Positions 1-8,084 of a stretch of 64,000 nt of DNA are shown piece after piece (the first letter of the stretch is position 1; every line of letters starts with the position of its first letter). The DNA is from Vulcanimicrobiota bacterium (GTDB lineage Bacteria; Vulcanimicrobiota; Vulcanimicrobiia; Vulcanimicrobiales; Vulcanimicrobiaceae). The position numbers were made by a program, and so were the translations under genes. The stretch spans positions 1,504,001 through 1,568,000 of the forward strand of contig OY968762.1 in NCBI GenBank assembly GCA_963695225.1. Reading direction: 5' to 3'. The notes beneath the pieces are model-generated. The model was not told where the DNA came from. It worked only from the letters and a program-made list of their open reading frames with translations, and did not search any database.

Positions 1-164
1 CGCCGCATGTGGCGCTCGAGGAACGCGACGCTCGGGTGCACGCCGAGCGCGATGAACGCCGCGATCGCGAAGATCGCTACGGTCCGCGGTATGCGCATCG
101 CGAGCAAGACGGCCGCTATGCCGACGACGAGCGCGATGCCGCTCAGGATGAGCCGGCGCCGCAC
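1..164 (-). CDS. AI-2E family transporter, N-terminal part (runs off window)
   Basis: Manual translation from GTG at 164: VRRRLILSGIALVVGIAAVLLAMRIPRTVAIFAIAAFIALGVHPSVAFLERHMR; hydrophobic, with the AI-2E-like 'A-F-I-A-x-x-x-x-P-x-V-x-x-L-E-R' pattern. Confidence 0.6.
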   Translation of the reverse strand, partial: MRRRLILSGIALVVGIAAVLLAMRIPRTVAIFAIAAFIALGVHPSVAFLERHMR

Positions 165-175
165 CAGCGGCGATC

Positions 176-643
176 TTAGAGCTTCTTGCACAACAGACGG
201 CGCTCGGTGTAGTACCCGGCCTGCGCGTAGAGCTGCCGGGCCGCCGCGTTTTCTTCCGTGACCATCATCGCCACGTGCGAGCGCCCGCGCGCGCGCGCAT
301 CCGCCTCCGCGGCCGCAAGCAGCGCCGCCGCGACGCCGCGCCGCCGCGCGGACGGTTCGACGGCCATATACGCGACGAACGATTGCGGTTCGAGCGTCAC
401 TTCGTCGGGCATGCCGTCGAGGACGAGGATGAACCCGAGCGGCTCGAGCGCGGATTCGGCGATCAACAGCACGTGCGGACGCTCGTAGGCGAACTCGAGC
501 AAACGCTCGTAGCTCTCCTCGACGGCGTTCGGCGCGGGGTCGCGATGCTCCGGAACGCTCGTTTCGAGGGAACGTCGCCCGAGGTCGAGGATGAAGGAGC
601 GGTCGCGCACTCCGCCGCGCCGGATCGCGATCGTCGCGCTCAC
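176..643 (-). CDS. GNAT family N-acetyltransferase
   Basis: C-terminal part of ORF 176..1285; motif A 'MAVEPSARRRGVAAALL' and 'ENAAARQLYAQAGY'; GTG start overlaps hisC stop. Confidence 0.85.
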   Translation of the reverse strand: MSATIAIRRGGVRDRSFILDLGRRSLETSVPEHRDPAPNAVEESYERLLEFAYERPHVLLIAESALEPLGFILVLDGMPDEVTLEPQSFVAYMAVEPSARRRGVAAALLAAAEADARARGRSHVAMMVTEENAAARQLYAQAGYYTERRLLCKKL

Positions 644-1773
644 GCGCGGGCGCTCGCCGCGGGCGCGCCGCGCCAGATCGGGAGCAACTCCTCGAGGACG
701 CTCGCGAACGCCGCGTTTTGCTCGGGCGTCCCGATCGTGACGCGCAGGTAGCCGGGCATGCGCAGCCCGTCCCCCGAGCGAACGATGATGCCTCGTGCGA
801 GCAGCGCGCGATAGGCGGCGTCGGCCCCGACCGGGACGGCGACCGCGACGAAGTTCGCCGAGGTCGGATACGCCGGCAACCCGAGGCGCTCGAAGAGCGC
901 TCCGAAGAACGCCTTCCCCGCCTCGTTCGAGCGCCGGCTCCGCTCCACGAACTCGCCGTCCTCGAGCGCACCGAGCATCGCCGCGGCCGCGGGGCGCGCG
1001 ACGTTGAACGGCACGCGCGCGGAGTTCATCCAGGCGACGATCTCGGGCGAGGAGTAGCCGTACCCGAAACGGATCGCGGCGAGACCATAGATCTTCGACG
1101 AGGTGCGCAAGACGAGCGTCTGCGCGCGCTCCGCGAGGAGATCGACCGCATCGCAGGCGCCTTCGTCCGCGTATTCGAGGTACGCCTGGTCGACGATCAG
1201 CAGGACGTCGGGCGGGAGCGCGCGCGCGAAGTGCAGCAGCGCTTCCCGTTCCAGGCGGGTCCCGGTCGGATTGTTCGGATCGCAAACGAAGACGAGCTTC
1301 GTGCGCGGCGTGACGGCTTCGAGCATCTCGGCGAGATCGTGCACGCCGCTGCGGAGCGGAACCTCGACCGCGAGCGCCCCGGCGATTCCGGCGTCCTTCT
1401 TGTACAGCGAGAACGTCGGCTGGGCCATGACGATTTCGTCACCCGGATCGGCGAAAGCGGTGAAGGCGAGCGCGATCAACTCGTTGCTTCCGTGACCGCA
1501 GATCACGTTCTCGGCGGCGAGGCCGTAGCGCGCTCCCAAACGCCCGCGCAGTTCCCAGTGATCGTCTTCCAGATAGTCGCTGAATGAATCGAGCGCGCGA
1601 ATCGCGGCGAGCGCGCGGGGCGACGTCCCGAGCGGGTTCTCGTTTTGCGAGAGCTTGACGGGCGAGGTGATGCCGTAGCGGCGCTCGACTTCGGCGGCGG
1701 ACGTTCCGGGAACGTACGGCGCGAGATCGCGCAATGCGCGGCGCACGAGCCGGTCGGCTGCTGGCGACTTCAT
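640..1773 (-). CDS. hisC: Histidinol-phosphate aminotransferase
   Basis: KLSQNENP, GSNELI, PNNPTG, DQAY, RTSSKIYGLAAIRFGY (PLP lysine), LRVTIG. Confidence 0.93.
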   Translation of the reverse strand: MKSPAADRLVRRALRDLAPYVPGTSAAEVERRYGITSPVKLSQNENPLGTSPRALAAIRALDSFSDYLEDDHWELRGRLGARYGLAAENVICGHGSNELIALAFTAFADPGDEIVMAQPTFSLYKKDAGIAGALAVEVPLRSGVHDLAEMLEAVTPRTKLVFVCDPNNPTGTRLEREALLHFARALPPDVLLIVDQAYLEYADEGACDAVDLLAERAQTLVLRTSSKIYGLAAIRFGYGYSSPEIVAWMNSARVPFNVARPAAAAMLGALEDGEFVERSRRSNEAGKAFFGALFERLGLPAYPTSANFVAVAVPVGADAAYRALLARGIIVRSGDGLRMPGYLRVTIGTPEQNAAFASVLEELLPIWRGAPAASARA

Positions 1774-1827
1774 TGCGCCTGGGTTCGACCCCGGCGGCGC
1801 ATCGCCATGCGAGGCGCGAGCGGCGCC

Positions 1828-1971
1828 TTACGGCACGAGCGTGAAGGTGATCTGTACGGTTGGGCTGGCGGTCGGGCTCGGAGCGGCTGCGACCTGCGGA
1901 AGCGACGACGCCGAGGAGCAGCCGCCGAGCGCGAACGCCAGCAGCAGCGCGCCGACCGAAAAGCGGAACAT
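1828..1971 (-). CDS. Small putative lipoprotein (47 aa), not in ORF track
   Basis: MFRFSVGALLLAFALGGCSSASSLPQVAAAPSPTASPTVQITFTLVP; GGAGG RBS upstream; lipobox LGGC. Confidence 0.6.
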   Translation of the reverse strand: MFRFSVGALLLAFALGGCSSASSLPQVAAAPSPTASPTVQITFTLVP

Positions 1972-2146
1972 ATGAAGCAGCCTCCGTGTGCTCTACGCAT
2001 GCGCACGAGTCGATGCCGGTCCGATTCCGGATCGTGAAAGCTCGGCCATGCTCCGGGCCCGTTAAGATTCGTTGACGCAAGCGTACCGGGCGGCCGCACC
2101 GCGGGAACGTTCCGGAGGATGCCGTCCCGCCGGGACGTTCGGCCCG

Positions 2147-2716
2147 CTACTTCACGAAGCGCGAGCCGGGTTCGTCGAGCGGGGCGCCGCGCGCGCAGAG
2201 CGGACACTCCGCCGGATCGTAGGAGTCGACGGGATACTCGAGGAGCACGATCGTCGGGACCCCGAAATCGACCGGGCTGCGACGCACGATGATCGCAACG
2301 CCCGCGACGGCCGCCCCGCTCGCGCGCACCACGTCGAGCACTTCGCGCACCGAACCGCCGGTCGTGACGACGTCCTCCACCACGAGCGCGCGGTCCTCGG
2401 GCGTCAAGCGGAAGTTGCGCCGCAGTTTCGGAACGCCCCCCTCCTTTTCGACGAAGATCGCTTTCGTGCCGAGCTGCCGCCCCGTTTCGTAGCCGAGCAC
2501 GATTCCCCCGACGGCGGCGCTGACGACGATGGTCGGTTCGAGAGGCTTCGCCCGCAGCGCGAGTTCGCGCGCGACCGGTTCGACGAGCGCGGGATCCTCG
2601 AGGATGCGAAACTTCTGGATGAAACGGTCGCTGTGACGGCCGGACGAGAGGCGAAAATGCCCTTCGAGCAGCGCGCCCCGCTCGCCGAGCGCTGCGGCCA
2701 AACGATCAGCGTCCAT
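2147..2716 (-). CDS. pyrE: Orotate phosphoribosyltransferase
   Basis: GHFRLSSGRHS, PRPP motif VVEDVVTTGGS; in pyr operon. Confidence 0.93.
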   Translation of the reverse strand: MDADRLAAALGERGALLEGHFRLSSGRHSDRFIQKFRILEDPALVEPVARELALRAKPLEPTIVVSAAVGGIVLGYETGRQLGTKAIFVEKEGGVPKLRRNFRLTPEDRALVVEDVVTTGGSVREVLDVVRASGAAVAGVAIIVRRSPVDFGVPTIVLLEYPVDSYDPAECPLCARGAPLDEPGSRFVK

Positions 2717-3437
2717 GGAGCGCCTGCGCGGTCTCGGCCAGAATCCGCTCGGCGGCCGCCCGCGGATCTGGCGCGTGCGTGATCGGCCGCCCGACGACGA
2801 TATAGTCGGCGCCGGCTCGTGCGGCTTCGGCGGGCGTCGCGACGCGCTTCTGATCTCCCGCCGCCTCGCCGCCCGGGCGGATGCCCGGGCACAATACGCC
2901 GAATCCCGAGCCGAAGTACTCCTTGATCGAGACCGCCTCGTGCACGCTGCAGACGACCCCCGCGCAGCGCGCGTCTCGCGCGAGCGCGGCCAAGCGGATC
3001 ACGTTCTCCCCAGGCCCCCCGGCGAGCCCGAGTTCGCCGAGATCGGCGGCGGAGATGCTCGTCAGGATCGTCACCGCGTAGATCTGCGGCGTCTCGATTC
3101 CAAGCTCGCGCGCCCGCTCGTGCGCCGCCTGCACCGCGGCTTCCATCATCGCGGCGCCGCCGAGCGCGTGAACGTTGACGATCCGCACGCCCGGCCGGAC
3201 GAGCGCCCGAACGCCGGCGGCGACGGTGCGCGGGATATCGTGCAACTTCGCATCGACGAAGATCTGCGCCCCCGCTTCGCCCAGCGCGCGCAGGATCGCA
3301 TCGCCGTACCCGAAGAGCGCTTCGTGCCCCACTTTGTAGAGCGCGGGAAGTCCGCGCAAGCGGTGAACCAGCGCGAGCGCGGAGTCGAGGCCTTCGACGT
3401 CGAGCGCGACGATCAGTTGAGGACGCACGGCGATCAT
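2706..3437 (-). CDS. pyrF: Orotidine-5'-phosphate decarboxylase
   Basis: LIVALD, DAKLHDIPRTV, PGIRP, DQKRVATP, VVGRPI; ATG overlaps pyrD stop. Confidence 0.95.
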   Translation of the reverse strand: MIAVRPQLIVALDVEGLDSALALVHRLRGLPALYKVGHEALFGYGDAILRALGEAGAQIFVDAKLHDIPRTVAAGVRALVRPGVRIVNVHALGGAAMMEAAVQAAHERARELGIETPQIYAVTILTSISAADLGELGLAGGPGENVIRLAALARDARCAGVVCSVHEAVSIKEYFGSGFGVLCPGIRPGGEAAGDQKRVATPAEAARAGADYIVVGRPITHAPDPRAAAERILAETAQALHGR

Positions 3438-4390
3438 CGGGTTCCTTTGAAGCGAGGGTTCGCGCGGCCGACGAGCTCGCGCAGCGACGAGAGGTTCCGT
3501 TCTGCAAGATAGGCTCGCAAGCCGTCCGCAACGTTGCACGGCGTGCGCGGATCCGTGAAATTCGCCGTGCCGATCGAGATCGCGCTCGCACCGGCGAGAA
3601 CGAACTCGAGCGCGTCGCGCGCCGTTTCGATGCCGCCTTGCCCGACGATCGGAAGCGCGACCGCTTGGGCGACTTCGTAGACGGCGAGCACGGCGATCGG
3701 CCGGATCGCGGGACCCGAAAGTCCGCCGCTCCCGTTCCCCAGGCGCGGCGCCCAACGGTCCACGTCGATCGACATCCCGCGCACGGTGTTGATCACCGCG
3801 AGCGCGTCGGCGCCCGCCGCTTCCACCGCGCGCGCGACTTCGGTGATATCCGTGACGTTCGGCGTGAGTTTGACGATCAAGGTCTTCGAGGTCGCGGCCC
3901 GCGCGGCGCGCGTCGCTTCGGCCGCGAGGCGCGGGTCGCAGCCGATCGTTTCGCCTTCGCTGGCGACGTTGGGGCACGAGATGTTCAACTCGATCGCATC
4001 GATTTCGTCGCGCGCCGCGAGCCGCTCGGTCACGTATGCGTAATCCTCGACGCAGAAACCGGCGACGCTGCCGATCACGGCGCACGGCCGGTCCGCGAAC
4101 TTCGCGACGTCGTGCGCGAGATACGAATCGATGCCCGGGTTCTGCAAACCGATCGCGTTCAGCAGGCCGCTCGGCGTCGGGACGAGGCGCGGCGTGGAGT
4201 TTCCCAACCGCGGCCGGCGCGTGACGCTCTTGAGCACTACGCCGCCGATTCGCGCGAGATCGATGAACGGCGCGTACTCTTCTCCGGAACCGTAGCAACC
4301 GCTCCCCGTCAGCGTTGGGAATCGCAAGTGCAGCGCTCCGAGCGTCGCGGAGATATCTGGTTCGCGCGCCGCCGCCGGAGCCTCGTTCAC
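3434..4390 (-). CDS. pyrD: Dihydroorotate dehydrogenase B, catalytic subunit
   Basis: NAIGLQNPG, ELNISCPN, VKLTPN, INT, GGLSGPAI; GTG start overlaps pyrK stop. Confidence 0.93.
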   Translation of the reverse strand: MNEAPAAAREPDISATLGALHLRFPTLTGSGCYGSGEEYAPFIDLARIGGVVLKSVTRRPRLGNSTPRLVPTPSGLLNAIGLQNPGIDSYLAHDVAKFADRPCAVIGSVAGFCVEDYAYVTERLAARDEIDAIELNISCPNVASEGETIGCDPRLAAEATRAARAATSKTLIVKLTPNVTDITEVARAVEAAGADALAVINTVRGMSIDVDRWAPRLGNGSGGLSGPAIRPIAVLAVYEVAQAVALPIVGQGGIETARDALEFVLAGASAISIGTANFTDPRTPCNVADGLRAYLAERNLSSLRELVGRANPRFKGTR

Positions 4391-5217
4391 CACCGCAGCT
4401 CGTGCGCCCAGAACACCGGGCCCTCCTTGCAGATGCGCGCGTGAACGTAGTCGCGCGCTTCGCCGGGCTCGGGATCGGGAAAGAACGGCGCCTGCGCGCT
4501 CGTGCGATCGAGCGGGACGACGCAGCCCCAGCAGGCCCCGACGCCGCACGCGAACGTTTCCTCGAGCGAAAGCTGAGCTCGCACGCCGAGTTTCTCCGCC
4601 GCGCGCCCCACCGCGCGCAACATCGGCGAGGGCCCGCACGCGAGCAGCGAACCGTGCGCACGGCCGCTTTGCAGCAGCGCATCCGCGACGTAGCCGCGGT
4701 GTCCGCGCGAGCCGTCGTCGGTCGCAAGCGTCACACGCACTCCCAACGCTTCGAACTTCTCGATGTCGACGAGTGCGGCCGCGGTGCGCGCGCCGTAGTA
4801 GAGATCGACGGCGATGCCGCGCGCGCGCAGGACGCGCGCGGGCAAGAGCAGCGGCGCGATTCCGACTCCTCCCGCGACGAGCGCGACGTCGCGCAACTCG
4901 CCTTCGAGAAAGAACCCGTTGCCGAGCGGGCCCGCGAGTACGAGCTCGGCTCCCGGTGCGAGGCTCGCGATCTCGCGAGTGCGGAAACCGCACACGACGA
5001 TCATCAGCGAGATGCGCTCGTCCCCGGTCTCGTAGACCCCGAACGCGGATGCCACGCGTTCGCCGCCGGGCGGCGTCACCATCACGAATTGTCCTGGGCG
5101 TGCAACGCTCGCGAGTTCCGGCGCGTTCAACGTCATGACGACGATCCCCGGGCCCGCTTCGCGACGATCGACGATCGTGCACGTGTGGACCGAGGGCGAG
5201 GAAGCGAGCGCGGGCAT
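4387..5217 (-). CDS. pyrK: Dihydroorotate dehydrogenase electron transfer subunit
   Basis: PGQF, GPLGNGF, AGGVGIAP, CGPSPM, 2Fe-2S motif CGVGACWGC...CKEGPVF. Confidence 0.92.
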   Translation of the reverse strand: MPALASSPSVHTCTIVDRREAGPGIVVMTLNAPELASVARPGQFVMVTPPGGERVASAFGVYETGDERISLMIVVCGFRTREIASLAPGAELVLAGPLGNGFFLEGELRDVALVAGGVGIAPLLLPARVLRARGIAVDLYYGARTAAALVDIEKFEALGVRVTLATDDGSRGHRGYVADALLQSGRAHGSLLACGPSPMLRAVGRAAEKLGVRAQLSLEETFACGVGACWGCVVPLDRTSAQAPFFPDPEPGEARDYVHARICKEGPVFWAHELRW

Positions 5218-5366
5218 GACTCGCTGGTTCTCGGTGCGCGGCGGCGAGTCCGTCCTAGGTACGTCGAACTCGTACCTTGCGGCCGGTCACATACGCGACA
5301 ATGCGCGGTAACGGTACGTTATCAGAATCCTGAGAGAATATGTCGATGACTGGAAAGGAGGAGGAA

Positions 5367-5513
5367 ATGGAAATGACCGGGCTACTCGTGTTCAAGACCT
5401 TATCCGAGGCCATCAGAGCCGGATTCGAAGTCTACGATCGCACGGAAGACGGCTACTTGGTTCGCATGCGGACGGAAAAGGGCTGGGCGCTGGCCATCGT
5501 CTCCTTGAATTAA
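5367..5513 (+). CDS. Small hypothetical protein (48 aa), not in ORF track
   Basis: MEMTGLLVFKTLSEAIRAGFEVYDRTEDGYLVRMRTEKGWALAIVSLN; strong RBS AAAGGAGGAGG; globular-protein composition unlike GC shadow ORFs. Confidence 0.75.
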   Translation: MEMTGLLVFKTLSEAIRAGFEVYDRTEDGYLVRMRTEKGWALAIVSLN

Positions 5514-5576
5514 GCCGTTCGTTCCGCGAACGGCGCTCTTGCGTAACCGGAACGCGCTGCTTCATGCTGCGGACGG

Positions 5577-6140
5577 TCAGCGCTTGTCGGGCGGTGGACT
5601 CGGGGGGCGAAGCTCCTGCGCGGTCCCGCTCGGCCGATACGTGTACGGCCCCTCCGGCGGCGGTTGCGGCGGGGACGGCTGCCCAGGTTGCTGCGGCGGC
5701 ACGGCGTCGGCGGGGCGCCAGGCGGCGCCGCGCAGCGACGCCCCCGAGAGATATGCCGTCAGGATCTGCGCGAGCCCGACGAAGAGCGGTACGAGCCCGC
5801 CGAGCAGCCACGGCCCGGGATGCCCGAGATCGATGAACGAGAGCCCGATGAACAGCGCGAGGCCCACCGCCGCCGTCTTGATCCCCTTGAAGAGCTGGGC
5901 GCGCGCCGCTTCCGGCTGAGGGGCGAATCCCTGCGCTCCGTAGGCGCCCGGGGGCACCACGCCGCGGCGGATCATCTCCAACCGCTCCATCTGCGCGAGG
6001 ACGCGCTCGCGATGGCGCAGCCAGCTCACGAAGACCCAGGCGAAGATCGGGCCGCCGAAGATCAGCGTGATCGCAAGCGAGGCGATCGGCCAATCTTCGT
6101 CGATCGCGCCGACGACGGGCGCGAACGCCCATGGGCTCAA
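5577..6140 (-). CDS. DUF6249-like membrane protein with Pro-rich tail
   Basis: TM helix, 'RHRER...ERLEMIRRG', two further TM helices ending 'GGLVPLFVGLAQIL'; start uncertain (TTG at 6140 chosen). Confidence 0.65.
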   Translation of the reverse strand: MSPWAFAPVVGAIDEDWPIASLAITLIFGGPIFAWVFVSWLRHRERVLAQMERLEMIRRGVVPPGAYGAQGFAPQPEAARAQLFKGIKTAAVGLALFIGLSFIDLGHPGPWLLGGLVPLFVGLAQILTAYLSGASLRGAAWRPADAVPPQQPGQPSPPQPPPEGPYTYRPSGTAQELRPPSPPPDKR

Positions 6141-6247
6141 ATCCGCGGCCCCCAACCGGGGAACGTCGTCGAGACGGCCGGAAGCCCACGATCGACGTAC
6201 GGGCGCGGAATCCGTGGGGCTGGAACGATTTGGTGCTTGACGATCAC
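6137..6247 (-). CDS. Putative 36-aa leader ORF upstream of the DUF6249-like gene
   Basis: AAGGAG RBS then GTG ATC GTC AAG...; its TGA overlaps a TTG in the downstream frame (ATTTGAGC). Confidence 0.4.
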   Translation of the reverse strand: MIVKHQIVPAPRIPRPYVDRGLPAVSTTFPGWGPRI

Positions 6248-6294
6248 GTGCGACTCCTTGCCGCGGGGGAGGCTCCCTCGCCGGACGTCGGTGA

Positions 6295-6320
6295 TACGGC
6301 CCAGAGCCCCGCATGTTTCA
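6295..6320 (-). promoter_or_regulatory. ECF (SigW-type) promoter TGAAAC-N16-CGTA
   Basis: Minus strand reads TGAAAC atgcggggctctgggc CGTA, an exact match to the B. subtilis SigW consensus. Confidence 0.75.
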
Positions 6321-6330
6321 CGCCGCCCCG

Positions 6331-6357
6331 CGAAACAGTTCGCGCCGTTCACGCGTA
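6331..6357 (+). promoter_or_regulatory. Putative ECF autoregulatory promoter CGAAAC-N17-CGTA
   Basis: cgaaac agttcgcgccgttcacg cgta upstream of the ECF sigma gene. Confidence 0.55.
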
Positions 6358-6429
6358 CGTGCCGGTGTGGAGCTGGCACTCACGTTCCCTCGCTCGGCGC
6401 TCGGTCCCCGGCCGTGGGCGGTCGCGCGC

Positions 6430-6996
6430 GTGATCGAACCCCTCGATGACGGGACGCTGGTCGCGCAGGCGCTCGGCGGGCGGAACGACGCGTTCGAGGA
6501 GCTGGTCAGCCGGTACGACCGGGCCGTCTACCACCTCTCGCTCAAGACGTTGCGCAACGCCGACGACGCAAAGGATGCGACGCAGGAGGCGTTCTTCCGG
6601 GCCTACCGGAGCCTGGGGACGTTCCGCCCCGGGGCGAAGTTCTCGACGTGGCTCTTCTCGATCGCCTACCACGCTTGTTGCGACCGGATCGCGCGCCGAA
6701 AACGTTATACGGATGCCGAAATCGCGGATGGGGCCGACCCCGCACCGGGCCCCGAAGCGGTCGTCATGGCCCGCAACGAGGCACGCATGCTCCGCGCGGC
6801 GATCGACGAACTCCCGGAGAAATATCGCGTCGTCATCACGCTCTACCACTTGCAAGGGAGACAGTACGAGGAGATCGCGAAGGTGCTCGACCTACCGATG
6901 GGAACCGTGAAGACGCACCTCTTCCGAGCGAAGGAGTTGCTGCGGCGTAAGCTCGCGGACCCCGCCGGCGTGCCCTCCCCGGAGGATCGGCCATGA
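6430..6996 (+). CDS. ECF RNA polymerase sigma factor (SigW/RpoE-like)
   Basis: AFEELVSRY, DAKDATQEAF, FSTWLFSIA, region 4 YEEIAKVLDLPMGTVKTHLFRA; start approximate. Confidence 0.92.
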   Translation: MIEPLDDGTLVAQALGGRNDAFEELVSRYDRAVYHLSLKTLRNADDAKDATQEAFFRAYRSLGTFRPGAKFSTWLFSIAYHACCDRIARRKRYTDAEIADGADPAPGPEAVVMARNEARMLRAAIDELPEKYRVVITLYHLQGRQYEEIAKVLDLPMGTVKTHLFRAKELLRRKLADPAGVPSPEDRP

Positions 6997-7367
6997 ACGG
7001 CGACGACCTCGACGACCTCGACCGCGCGCTGTTCGCGCTCGACCTCGAGGAGCCGCCCGCGGACCTGCGCGGGTCGATCCTGCGCGCGACGATCCGGGAA
7101 CCGGGGGCGCCCCTCCAGGCCGCCGTGCGCCCCTGGAATCCGATCCTCGCGGGGACGTGCGCCGCGGTCGCGGTCTGGCTCGTCCTAGCGGCCTTCTTCG
7201 ATCGCGCCCTCGCCGAATCGATCGCGGCCGGGGTGGGGGCGTTCGGGCATCTGCTGAACGAGCCGACGGCGCCGGTTTGGCTCGGGCTCGGCGCGCTGAC
7301 CGTCCTCGCAGTTCAACTCTCGGACGCCCTTGGGCGCCGCCTCCCGCTCGGCGGCGGACGCTCGTGA
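6993..7367 (+). CDS. Putative membrane anti-sigma factor
   Basis: Overlaps the sigma stop (ATGA); acidic N-terminus 'LEEPPADLRGSIL' followed by TM segments. Confidence 0.65.
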   Translation: MNGDDLDDLDRALFALDLEEPPADLRGSILRATIREPGAPLQAAVRPWNPILAGTCAAVAVWLVLAAFFDRALAESIAAGVGAFGHLLNEPTAPVWLGLGALTVLAVQLSDALGRRLPLGGGRS

Positions 7368-8047
7368 CGCCTGCACAGCCGCAGGCCTTCAAAGTGCTCG
7401 TCGTCGAGGACGACGCGCAGATCTCGCGCGTGCTCAAGCTCGAGCTCGAGCACGAAGGGTACATCGTCGAGACCGCGGCCGACGGGCTCACGGGGCTCGA
7501 GAAGGCGCTCAAAGAGCCCGATCTCATCGTGCTCGATCTGATGCTGCCGAAACTCGACGGCGGAGAAGTCTGCTCGCGGATCCGCGCGAAGAGCAACGTC
7601 CCGATCATCATGCTCACGGCGAAGGATCGCATCCCCGACCGCGTGAGCGGGCTCGATCGCGGCGCGGACGATTACGTCACGAAGCCGTTCTCGATCGAGG
7701 AACTCCTGGCTCGCATCCGGGCGCGCCTGCGCGAGCGGCACCCCATCTCGAACGTCCTCTCCAGCGGCGATCTCACGATGGATCGGGACCGCCGGGAGGT
7801 GACGCGCGCCGGGAAGCCCGTCACGCTGACCGCCAAGGAATACGCCCTGCTCGAGTACTTGCTGCTCCACCGCAACCGGGTCCACACGCGGGACGAGCTG
7901 TTCAACGGCGTGTGGGGAAGCGACTTCCTCGGCGATTCGAACTTGATCGACGTGTACGTCCGCTATCTGCGCGTGAAGATCGACGACGGCCACGAACACA
8001 AGCTGATCCAGACCGTGCGCGGCGTCGGCTATACGCTGCGAGACTGA
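7364..8047 (+). CDS. OmpR-family response regulator
   Basis: VLVVEDD, DLIVLDLMLP, MLTAK, GADDYVTKPF, winged helix IDVYVRYLR...TVRGVGY. Confidence 0.95.
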   Translation: MTPAQPQAFKVLVVEDDAQISRVLKLELEHEGYIVETAADGLTGLEKALKEPDLIVLDLMLPKLDGGEVCSRIRAKSNVPIIMLTAKDRIPDRVSGLDRGADDYVTKPFSIEELLARIRARLRERHPISNVLSSGDLTMDRDRREVTRAGKPVTLTAKEYALLEYLLLHRNRVHTRDELFNGVWGSDFLGDSNLIDVYVRYLRVKIDDGHEHKLIQTVRGVGYTLRD

Positions 8048-8084
8048 CGCTCTGCTCGGGATTGTCCCCGCCGGGCCGCAAAGC

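Noticed and set aside
1972..2146. GC-rich spacer with short hairpins upstream of the small lipoprotein, considered as a riboswitch
   Set aside because: No conserved core of any riboswitch class that I can recognise
5325..5340. AATCCTGAGAG resembling the PyrR-binding loop near the pyr operon
   Set aside because: It is on the strand opposite the pyr transcript, lacks the following GYU and the upstream U-rich motif, and no attenuator is evident
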